DNA of 64,000 nt from the human T2T-CHM13v2.0 reference genome, Homo sapiens, in assembly GCF_009914755.1 (NCBI RefSeq), contig NC_060926.1; one strand, 5' to 3'. Positions 53,835 to 64,000 of the stretch are shown one piece after another; positions within the stretch are counted from its first letter, which is position 1, and each line of letters opens with the position of its first letter. The translations under genes were made by a program, and so were the position numbers. The notes under the pieces are model-generated. The model was not told where the DNA came from. It searched no databases and saw only the letters and a program-made list of their open reading frames with translations.

Positions 53835-54164
53835 TCTTTTCTTTTTTTTCTTGATTTAGAGGTTTACCTTTTTTTTTTTTTTGTCTTCCCAGAGGACCAG
53901 CTTTTGGTTCCACTGATTTTCTCAATTGTTTTCCTGGCTTAAATTTCATTATTTCTGCTCTAATTGTTATTATTTCCTTTGTATGATTGCTTTAGGTTTA
54001 ATTTTCTCTTCTTTCTTTAGTTTCCTAAGGTGGAAGCTTAATTATTGATTTTAAATATATATAATATATATATAAGCATATATATAAGCATATATATATT
54101 TAGCATATGCATTTTAATGGTGTACATTTCCCTCTAATCACTGCTTTTGATGCATCTCACATTT

Positions 54165-54293
54165 AAAAAGAAAAAAATAGAGATGAGGTTTTGCAGTTTT
54201 GCCCAGGCTGGTCTTGAACTCCTGGTCTCAAGTGATTCCTGCCTTGGCCTCCCAAAGTGCTGGGATTACAGGCATGAGCCATCACGCCCGGCC
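54165..54293 (-). mobile_element. Free left Alu monomer (FLAM-like) inside L1M
   Basis: Single monomer tagagatgagg...gcccaggctggtcttgaactcctgg...gagccatcacgcccggcc. TSD-like ctcacattt/cccacattt. The tail position reads A-rich rather than T-rich on the + strand. Confidence 0.85.
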
Positions 54294-55120
54294 CCCACAT
54301 TTTTGATGTTTTCTTTTCTTTCTTTTTTTATTTTGTTCAGAGTATTTTTAAAATATCCTCTGAGACTTCTTTGATTCATAGGTTATTAAAAGTGTATTGT
54401 ATAACTTCCAAATATTTGAGAATTTTCAAGCTGTCTTTGTGTCATCAGTTCAATTTTGTTATGGTCTTAAGAATATACTTTGTATGATTTGTATTTTTTG
54501 AAAAACTTGTTAAAGCATGTTTTAAACCCCAGAATGTAGTTTATATGGATGAATCTTTCATGTGTGCTTGAAAATAAGGTTTATTCTGCTGTTTTTGGAT
54601 GTCAATTAGGCCACATTGACAGTGCTGTTCAGATCACTTATATCCTTATTGATTTTTTGTCTGCTTTCTTTTCTGATTACTAAGAGAGGAGTATTAATGT
54701 CTTCAACTCTGTGCATTTATTTCTCCTTTCAGCTCTATGATTTCCTTGCCTCATGAATTTTGACACACTATTGTTAATTGCACACATATTTAGGATTATT
54801 ATGTTTTCTCTGATAAATGACAACGTATCATTGTATAATGTTCCTTTTTACCCATGGTAATCTTCCTCGTTATGAATTCTGCTTTTAAGTTAATATGGCT
54901 ACTCTAGCTTTGCTTTGATTAACATTTGCATGGTATATCTTTCTCCACTTCTTAACTCTTAACCTATCTAAGTTTTTATATTTAAATGGGTTTTCTGTAA
55001 GCAACATATAACTGGGTCATTTTTTCTTCTTTTAATTTAGTTTGACAATCTCTGTCTTTTAACTGGTGGGTTTGGACCATTGCATTTAAGGTGAATGACA
55101 TATAGGCCATCTTTACTTCA

Positions 55121-56102
55121 CACAGTCGTGTGGGACTGTAAAAATGACCACAGAAGCTGAAACCATACAAAGTGACTTAATGATCAATGGGAAAGTTATG
55201 ACGGCTTCATAACCTATAAATTTCTTTGTCAAAAGATTAAAAATTCTCCTTCTGTTGGTTACAAATGTATAGGAAAATGAAAAAAATAGTAAAACTAATA
55301 TTTATCCAAAATATTAATTTTAAAACATTAGAAATATTGATAATTAAAATGTCTTATTCTTTACAAAAATTATCAAGAGTAGTGTGAACAATGTCTGCCT
55401 TCTTTTTATTCTATAACTCACAGTATATAGTGGACATCTTTTCTATGCCTTGACACACTGTCATACTCCTTTCTAAGCTGTAGTCAGCTTCCTACATTTC
55501 ATCCTTTGCGCATTCTGTGTCATCAACTATCTCTCAGAGTTTCCATAATGTGAAGTTTTATCCTGATCCTAAACTCTAGAAATCTCAGTCCTTTTGGTCA
55601 CAATCACTTTCTGCATGTATGTCAGGAAGTTGACCTTCACCAGGTTCCTCTGGCTGGATATATAGCATCTCTTAAATGACAGTAGTGTCAGCATTCCCAC
55701 GGTCAGTTTCTTCTTCTATAACTCCATCCATGTTCAATTTGAATTTTTCTTGAGCATTATCATTTTCCATTTATTCAATGCACCTTCATGTTTCTTGGTC
55801 AATTTCCTCTTTTGATAACCCTTTTTTTTTGTGGTAAATATCCCATGGTTTTATCACTGGGAGATAGGAAAGCAACAAAACATATGTTGCTGGCTGTGAA
55901 GGAACTGAATAATGGATGCACAGCACCCAGTCACCAATAGACTTTGGAAGAAGTCATGAGATTGGTGGTTGGTTACGATGCACATCTATTATTTACGTAG
56001 TGATCTGTGGACTGAAGCACCAGCAGTGAGGTTCGCACATTATGAAATTACTCACTGTTAATATACAGTATTTGAACTGTGTTGTTGGGGGGACTGGCAC
56101 TG
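55121..56102 (-). mobile_element. Tigger-family (Tigger13a-like) DNA transposon fossil
   Basis: The reverse complement begins cagtccccccaacaacacag...tatattaacagtgagtaatt...cttcagtccacagatcactacgtaaataatagatgtgcatc and includes a decayed transposase start (caaaagaggaaattgacc...aaaatgataatgct). Subfamily is from memory. Confidence 0.62.
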
Positions 56103-56149
56103 TTGAACCAAATTATTATTGTCTCCTCTCTAGCTTTGGCCCTTCTCTT

Positions 56150-57025
56150 TGAGCAGCTCCTCATTGAGAATCTGCCTGTGACCACTCTCCCAGCTGTGAT
56201 CTACTATTATTGTAATTGGAGGCCTGATAACATGGTGGCAGAGCGTGGAGGAGGGGAATGTTTTCTACCCTTCAGATTATATTTCAGTCTTTGCCCTACA
56301 CAGTGGGTCTATGTCTCAGGGGTGTGGCCTTTACAACTGTTTCTCTCCCTCTTTCAAGGGTGGAACTTCCCCCTCTGTTCCCCCCATCCCTGACTGCACC
56401 ATTCCTACTCTGTGTCTTTGAAGCTGTCTCTCCCATAGTTTAAGGCTTTCTTTTTCTTTTTGTTCCTTAAGTGATACAGGAGTACTGTAGTGAGGCTGGA
56501 GTGGGGTGGAGTTCCCTTTCACTAGTTGGATGGCATGTCATAGTGGCTTTCTGGCAATGTCCTTCCCAAGATGAAGGTTTTTGTTCTGTAAGCAAGAAAT
56601 TCCTGGTTGGATTACATAACAGTTACTGTGTTTTTCCTCTCATCAGGGCCATGGAAAGAAGGGTGTTCCCTCTGGATCCATCTTGATCCTGTCAAGATTC
56701 CTAGAAGAAAAGCCTGCAAAAGGCTGTGCTTCCCAGAAGCTTCTCCCTTGGTATCTCACATGCAGATTCCACAGTTCGTTAAAATTTCTACTTTAATGTT
56801 CCTACTGGCTTAGTCAGTGCTTTCTGCTTCACGTAAACAAATCTCACTGCCTATATCTCCCTGGAGACCCCCATGTCTCCAGATTTCAGGATGGTGGTTT
56901 GCCTTGAGACCTCAGTTCTCTGATGGGTCCAATAAAAGTTGTTGATTTTCAGTTCATCCAGCTTTTTCTTACCGTAAAGATGGGAATGGTGACTTCCAAG
57001 CTCTTTATGTATCCAGCAAAACTGT
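56150..57025 (-). mobile_element. Old L1M 5' region fragment
   Basis: gacctcagttctctgatgggtccaataaaagttgttgattttcagtt...cagctttttctt...gatgggaatggtgacttccaagctcttta resembles antisense L1M4/L1ME-type 5' ends. Same orientation as the ORF2 block. Confidence 0.55.
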
Positions 57026-58904
57026 GTTGGAGTTTCCTTCTCAACTTTCTGGTTGCAAGGCCCACAGGAAGGTAAAAGCCCCACGTCAAAGAGTCACTCA
57101 CTGCAGGTCAGAACAAATGTGGTTCTCATCAGACCACAGGGCTTCAGTAGCGGCACCTCCTGGTGTCTTTCCCCAAGGGGCAGGGGAGCATCCACAGGAA
57201 ACTCAGGCCAGCGGACACAAGCCTGGAGGAAGTGGCAGACCTGTCCTCCAAGTGCAGAGTGTCCTTCTCAGTCGATGGTGGCTCCAGCTGGGCCATCACA
57301 GTGACCCATGCAGATGGTGATTTGGACATTGTTTGGGTGCCAGACGCCATGCTATGTCCTCTACATGGATGGGGCAGGTGTAACTAGCTCCAGATCAGAG
57401 TTTACACGCCCTAGGAAACATCAACCATGACTGCATCTCCTCCACAGCTGCCTTCCCCAAAGTATGCTCTGCAATCTTGGTTTTGAGAGATATTACTAAG
57501 GGTTATGGGGCTTCGGCATGGAGAAAGGGAAAGCTGTTTGGGAAACTAGGCTGCCACTGGAGAACAACTCTGATTCCAAGCCGCTAATCCTTGTCCAGAG
57601 CTGGATCCTGGGGCTGAAGATGAAGGAGGTAGGGTCCATGGGGCAGGTCTCCTGGGAACCATTATCACCCTAGCATTCCTCTCAAATATCAAAGCAAGGG
57701 ATCTTCAGCCATATCCAGTGTTTTCAAAAGTAATTTTTTTGAAACCAAAATTTATTTAGCTAATCTTATAACTAGAGTAAATTCAGCCCTTGGTAAAGAG
57801 AAATAAACCCTGAATTTCAAATACCTTCAATTGTGAGAGAGCGCACATAAATTTCTCACTATAGGTCATGTTATGGGGCTTTGTTAAAGGCCAACAACTG
57901 AAACACTATTCTTCTACCGGCTGGAGACAGAGGAAGGAGAAATAACGCACTTAGGAAATTTGCTTTTAAATAAGCTGCATTTATAAAACACTATCCTAAC
58001 AGTCATCATTCCACTGAGCTTCCATTTGAGAATTTGTACAACCACTAAACTATTGTACTGAAACTGAATTAGGAGAAAATTTAATTTTCCTTTATAAGAG
58101 AGACAAAATTTTACTGTTAGTGGATCAGTAGATGTTATTAAATAGCAATAACAAAATGCTATTACAGCATCTAGAAATCAAATAAGATGGAAGCAATTTA
58201 CTAATAATATTCACATTTACAAAATGTACAGTTATTAAACGTTATCCTAAAAGTTACACTCCCAGCAAGTCTCCACCTTAAGATGTTATACAATTACCTA
58301 AATAATGTAGGTAAAACCAGAAAACAAACATTTCAAAATTATTTTAGAAGGAAGGCAAAATAAAATTCTTGCTGTGTTTTTAGATTATTTTAGTGGACTT
58401 GTTAACAATAAAGATATTATAATTACACTACCTACAAATAAAATAAAATGGAATCAGTTAATTTATATGAATCAAATGTAAATAATCTATAGTTAGAAAA
58501 CATTGTCTAAGAAGAATAAAATCCTATCAAGTTTCCATGTGGGCAAGTAAACATCAGCAGCAATAAACTAGAAGAAAAAAAAAAATCAAAATTAGTAGAG
58601 AGAAAAGCATCTTGCCATGGTTCTGAACTTCAGAAGTGGGCTCATTGGAAGGCAATGGCCACTCAGGGGAGACTCTCCTGCTGTAAGGCTGTGTGGACAG
58701 CCCTTGATATGGACCCATGTCTCTGCTCCTCAGTGGAGGACGTTCTGGGCTGGGGCTTCCTTCATGGGGAAGATTCCTAGGCAGTGTCATCTTCCCTTTC
58801 TGGAATCAGGGGAAGGACAGAATCCTCTTCCCAGGAGCTGACCCCTGGGCCCCTCAGACCCTCTGATGTCTGACAAGGGAACAAGGAGAGGATGGAGCTG
58901 GGTC

Positions 58905-59470
58905 AGCAGCACCCCTTCCCTGAGGGAGAGTTGGATTAGGGCAGCCCAGGGGCACCCTGATTCCATGGGAGGGTTTGATCAAGGTGGCCCAGGGGCACCC
59001 CATTCCTGTGGGAGGGTTGGATCAGGGTGGCTCCAAGAACACCCCTTTACTATGGGAAGGTTGGATCAAGGCAACCCGGTGACATCCCAATCCCATGGAA
59101 AAGTTGAGTCAGTGCAGCCCAAGGATACCCAGTTCTTATGGGAAGGTTGGATCAGGGTAGCCCCAGGAATACCACTTTACCATGGAAGGGCTGGATCAAG
59201 GTGGCCTAGGGGCACCCTGTTCCCATGAGAGGGTTGGGTTAGGTCATCCCAGGGGCACCTCATTCTCATGGGAAAGTTGGATCAAGGCAGCCCAGTGACA
59301 CCCGAATCCCATGGGAAGATTGGATTAGGGAAGTCCAAGGGTCCTACTCTGTTCCCATGGGAGAGTTGGATTACAGTGGCCCAGGGATACCCTGTTCTCA
59401 TGAAAGAGTTGGATCAAAGCAGCCCAAGGACACCCTGATCCTGTGGGAGGGTTGGGTCAGGGCAGCCTAG
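58905..59470. repeat. Diverged minisatellite, 43-bp unit, ~13 copies
   Basis: Consensus ~ggatcagggcagcccaggggcaccctgttcccatgggagggtt. The gat anchor (or its variant) falls at 58934, 58977, 59020, 59064, 59107, 59150, 59194, 59237, 59280, 59323, 59369, 59412 and 59455. Confidence 0.93.
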
Positions 59471-60419
59471 CTGAGGGGCACGGGAGCTGAGGCTTGCCAT
59501 CTGGTGCAGGCTCTGAGTAGGGCTTGGGGGTCTGGTGGAGGCTCTTGTTTTTGGGCCTGATCCTGGGAGGGGCTGCACCTTGGGCCCTGGGCCCTGACCC
59601 CCCACCCACTGTGGCCTGGTGCTCCTGCTCTTCTGGGTTCCATCATCCCCATGGGCCTCTGCTGACAGCACACAGCAGCATCAGGGACATGAGGATGCCT
59701 TGGGAGCCCCTCGATCCTTCCTCCATAATTTATCTCAGAGCACATTCTCTTTCTTAGGCTGTGCAGATGTCTCTCAGCCCAAAGTGCTCTCAACTCATTC
59801 ACATGAGCTTTTCTTGCAGGGAAAATAAGCTGTCTTCCATGATGGCCAGGGATTCTCTCCAGTGTTTCTGGGGAATTTGGCTTGCATGTTACGCGTCCAG
59901 GTTTTGCCTGTGTGGTGATCTTGCCATGTGCCCTGGAGAGAGTCCCCTCTGCCCTCACGGGGCAAAGGCTCTCCATCAGTATCTGCTGAACACTCCTTGA
60001 TGCAGGTCAGGGAAACTGGGGGCTGGGGGGATGTAATATTTCCGGAGAGCTGAGCCTCCCCCTTCTGACCCTGATTTTCTGACTTCGGCAAAGCAGTCAA
60101 AATTGTGGGAATTTCTCAGGATCTTTAAGGGCATCAATTTTATCTTGTGCAATTACTTATTTCTTCTTCAAGAATTTTAAAATCGGCATTTAACTATGCT
60201 GCATCCATTGTCTCTTTGGAACCCCTTTTATCTTCCATGTGGTCTCTGTTCCCAATCTAATCCCAAGCTTCTTCCACTCTCTGTGGTGTCCCCTCTGTCT
60301 CTCCTCTTCCATAGGTGTCCACTCAGGGGCTCGTGTTCCCTTTCTTTAGGGGTTTCCAATGTTCTTTCTGCTGTAGGACAAGTTTCCTCCCTCTCCCCTT
60401 CGCTCATTGAGCTCTAATC

Positions 60420-60810
60420 ATGCAAGGTCTTTTAGGCATGTCAGAAATGTTGGGTTTTATCCAAAGGGCAGTAAGAAGCCACCCCAGGGTTGTGGCAGGA
60501 AGATAATCTGATTGGATAAGAGTCTAAACAGACCATTCTGGCTGTCCTGTGGACATCAGAGCTGCATGGATAGGAATGGGAGGAGAGAGACCCAGCATGA
60601 GTTTGCTGCGGAGGCCTGGACAGGGAGGTAGCAGAGGACATGAAGAGAGGTGGCCAGGGTCAAGATAATTTTGGAAGTAGAACTGATGGGTCTTAGTGGT
60701 GGTGTGACAGTGGAGATCGAGTCCAGAAAGGCTGGTTGAGGTTGGCCGGTTAGTAAGGAGGGAATAGGATGCAGGATGAAGAGGAAGTCTGGGGAGATGA
60801 AGGGGGGAAA
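60420..60810 (-). mobile_element. L2 fragment
   Basis: gggttttatccaaagggcagtaagaagcca...agaccattctggctgtcctgtgga...aagataattttggaagtagaactgatggg. Confidence 0.62.
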
Positions 60811-60909
60811 TATCCTGAATGTACTTCTTATACCAATATACTAGACTTGGATTATCTCTGAACTCTAAGGGAGAGGAATAAAATGGACCCAGTTGGAGGG
60901 AAGCTTGCA

Positions 60910-61042
60910 TTTCTTCCCTCCCTCCCTCCTTCTCTCCCTCCTTCTCTCCTTCTCTCCCTCCCTCCCTTCCTTCCTTCGTTCCTTCCTTCCTTCTTTCCTT
61001 CCTTCCTTCTTTCTCTCTGTCTCTCTTTCTTTCTTTCTTTTT
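60910..61042. repeat. Polypyrimidine low-complexity repeat (CCCT/CCTT/CTTT)n
   Basis: About 130 nt almost purely C/T. Confidence 0.93.
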
Positions 61043-61047
61043 AAGAT

Positions 61048-61390
61048 TCTATAGTTTTTACTTCAGTACTTTAGCCGTGAGATAAATACAAATTTGCCAG
61101 CTTACAAAACAAACAAACAAAAACCTATTAGAGACAAACAGTGGTTTTTATCTCAGTAGAAAGGTAACAGCAGATTTAAAGCAGGCAGAAAATAAAACAG
61201 TAAAAGGGGACCTAGGAACTCTATAGTTTACAGATCAACCTTAGGGCTCTTTTTTCAGTGTAAATGTGCACAAAGACCATATTACTTCCATTTTACTCTG
61301 GCAAGTAGAGGTGCCATAAAACCTACAGAGTACAGAAAAGGGGGTCATTCTCCTTGTTTTCTCCTCATTCTTAGATTGTTGGTTTCCCAC
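61048..61390 (-). mobile_element. ERV1 (MER4-group) internal leader fragment
   Basis: aaggtaacagcagatttaaagcaggcagaaaa...ttagggctctttt...tgtaaatgtgcacaaagaccatattacttccatttt...gggggtcattctccttgttttctcctcattcttagatt resembles MER4/MER57-int. No flanking LTRs seen. Confidence 0.6.
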
Positions 61391-61570
61391 TTTTTTTTAA
61401 ATTATACTTTAAGTTCTGGGATACATGTGCAGAATGTGTAGGTTTGTTACATAGGTATACATGTGCCATGGTATATCCCACTAATGCACATGTATATGGG
61501 TTTGTTGAACCCATCAATCCGTCGTTTACGTTAGGTATTTCTCCTAATCCTATCCCTCCCCTAGCCTCCC
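61390..61570 (-). mobile_element. L1PA extreme 3' end fragment
   Basis: ttttaaattatactttaagttctgggatacatgtgcagaatgtgtaggtttgttacataggtatacatgtgccatgg...ttaggtatttctcctaatcctatccctcccctagcc. Confidence 0.9.
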
Positions 61571-63712
61571 GGAGCTTACATTTCTTAAGGAAACCAGGGG
61601 CGTGTGCAGAACTAGTGCTCCATGCTAGGTTGCTCCGGGAAGCAGTGAGGATCCCTTTTTGCGGGGCAGGATTTCTTTCTCCCACTTGTGACCCAGAACG
61701 AAAGCCGCTTGGAGGTGGTGGAGGCGGAGTCAGGTGTTGGCATCTCCCCCTGTTCTCATTCACCACTTTCTTCCATGTTGCCATTTCTTTTCCTTCTCTA
61801 CATGAGAAGGGAGGAGGGCCCACTGACAGCCTCTTGCATGCTGCCTCCTCTAGCTTATCCCATTTCCCCGCTTTTGGAGCCTTCTCTGTGACTGGCTCCT
61901 TCTCCACCTGTGCAGTAGAAAGTGGCATTTTGGAGGGCGTTAAGGAGTGAATGCCATGCTGCTCTGACTATCCACATTTTCTTTGGCAATGCTGGCTGTG
62001 CTGGTGTCTTTCTGTAGGAGATTCCCATCTGTTCCCTGCCTGGTGTAAGTCTAAGGTTGCAAGAAAGGTGAGGAGTCTGGCACCAGGTAGGCATGACCTC
62101 TCGGGCCACAGTTGGCTGGTCCCGGGCTAGTGCAATCGTGTTCCAGGACACAGAGGTCTCTGAGTTGGAATCAGGCAAGAGAGTTAAAGGATGCTCACAC
62201 CCCAGCTTTGCACAGACACACTGCACGGCACACACCCAGCAGCATTAGTGGGATAAACATCTGTTTCCATAAGAGTCTGTCTTCAGTTTCACTTACAGAG
62301 CTTTTCTAACCTAATTACGTGTGTCAACTCTGTGGCTGTAATCACTGTTCTTAGGTTAACCTCTGTAAACCGTCGGAGTTAGATGGCTTTATGGGCTGTC
62401 TCAGGGAGTCTCTGGGTTACAGCAGACATGACTGATGACTGTGTGCTGTAACTGAACTATGCAGTCTGCTGGCCTTTAATATGCACATTAATGGTGACTG
62501 AGTCTTGGCACCACCTTGCTGTGTTGGCTCTTGAGTTGCCTTTTATATTAAATGACGCATGATAGCAGACCTGCCTAGCAAATTACAGAATGACCTGAGC
62601 TGCTTCCAAGTTAAGAGCGCTTGGTGAGTTTGCTTGAGAGGGAGTCCAGCAGTCAGCTCTGAAGTCATTCTTATCTCCCATTGCCCACCCCTCTCTGCCC
62701 CCCACCCCCGAGCCCTAGGTTAAGTGAAGGGATTAAAAATTGACCCAGTTTGATCAGCCATCAGGATAAAGCCATGCCCATTGTCTCCTTGAAATTCTTG
62801 GGGGGTGAATGGGCATTTTTTTCCTTTTTTCTCCACTCTTTCCAGCTGTTTTTGATCTGGCATAAGCATGAGGGTGAAACACGAGTGAGAAGGAACGGGC
62901 TTCAGGTTGATTTGGATGTTTATGTTATTTGATGTGTTATGTTAAAGATCATTTCCTAGCCTGACTAGGTTATTATTGAGTTTCTTTTATGTATATTAAG
63001 CCATTTCTCTTCCTGATGGTTAGTCCTGAATTTCCCATTTGCTCAATTTTTCTTTTTGCTCTGGAGAATTCTAGTAGAGCACACATTGTAATCCTATGAC
63101 CGTAATTTCATCAAAAGTGGTAATTTTTTAAATGTTGAGGAAGCAGTGACCCTAATGTTTCAAGTCAAGCTACAAAGCTACCTTATTTTTGTTCTTACTG
63201 TCACTAAAGATACATCTAAAATTATAAAATAATTTCATGACAGTAGGTAAAGTAGAATCAGTTATTTTGGGAGACATTATCAATATTCAGCTGCAATAAA
63301 AAATTAATGGGTAAAAGCAATTCTGATGTATAATAAAGATTAACTTCATTTTATGAGGCAGGCCATTCTCTGGTTGAGAAGAATTGAAGAAAAATAAACC
63401 ACCTTTCCCTCTTCTGGGAGATCAGAATCTAGCAGTGTTTGATGTAGGGTACAGTGTGTATTTTTTAGAACTCTCAGTTGAGTGCATTAGAGTTTGCTGC
63501 ACTATTTTGCAGTCACCTTTTCTCTTATTTAAAGAAAAAAAAAGCAAACTAAAATATACTCAAACTCCCCTTTTGCCTTTTACAGAGCCAAAGTGTCTGG
63601 TTCTCCAGCCAAAAATGTTTTTAACCCTTTGGCATTTATGAGACAAGAGTAAATAAGGTATGTCAGAGCTCTGAGAGGGGGGTGGGTGCTACACAGGGGA
63701 GGGTGCCCTAGA

Positions 63713-63915
63713 CTCTGGAATGCTGGAGATGACTCACACTTGCTTGCAAGAACTGTGGTTAAATCTGCAGGTATTGGGGGAGCTAGTTGACTTCACACTG
63801 GTAGTTTGACATTGGCCACAGTGGGAGTACTGACACCATGAAAATCGGCAAGTGCTATAAGTCAGGGCTCTTCCACCCCACTCACCCATGAGGTTAAGTG
63901 TCCAGCACATGGCTG
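63713..63915 (+). mobile_element. MER63-like hAT-Blackjack fossil
   Basis: tgctggag...ggtagtttgacattggccacagtgggagtactgacaccatgaaaatcggcaagtgctataagtcagggct...ccagcacatggctg. Confidence 0.75.
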
Positions 63916-64000
63916 CCTAGGCTAGAATGGAATACAGTGAGGAGGCAGTTACTCAGCCCTTCTCCATCACTAGGGACTCAGAGGGTAAAATGGGTCACTT

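Noticed and set aside
58905-59470. CRISPR-like appearance (regular palindromic repeats)
   Set aside because: Units are contiguous with no unique spacers, there are no cas genes, and the DNA is primate.

Overview
This window is primate genomic DNA, probably human or ape since AluY-type elements are present. It is non-coding, either intronic or intergenic, and I could not identify the locus from sequence alone. I find no credible protein-coding gene, RNA gene or CRISPR array. The listed ORFs are chance frames, repeat-derived frames or decayed L1 ORF2 pieces. Much of the window is recognisable interspersed repeat: 7 Alus plus 1 free monomer, about 11 solo MaLR LTRs (MLT1/MST/THE1D), several L1 fragments including a ~6.5 kb decayed L1M with nested insertions, L2/MIR fragments, and DNA-transposon fossils (MER3, MER45, MER5, MER58, MER63, a Tigger and a piggyBac-derived MER85). 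There are three minisatellites (32, 51 and 43 bp units). The most notable structures are: (i) a ~150 bp local inverted duplication whose breakpoint coincides with the truncation of an AluJ; (ii) a MER85 with an intact, extended CSB-PGBD3-binding palindrome; (iii) a diverged 43-bp array whose unit carries an EBF/COE-type TCCCATGGGA palindrome; (iv) a CpG-retaining 47-bp tandem duplication with GC boxes beside a homeodomain-motif-rich stretch. Repeat family names come from recalled consensus sequences, not a database search, and boundaries of old repeats are approximate. I do not see evidence for a new multi-gene system.
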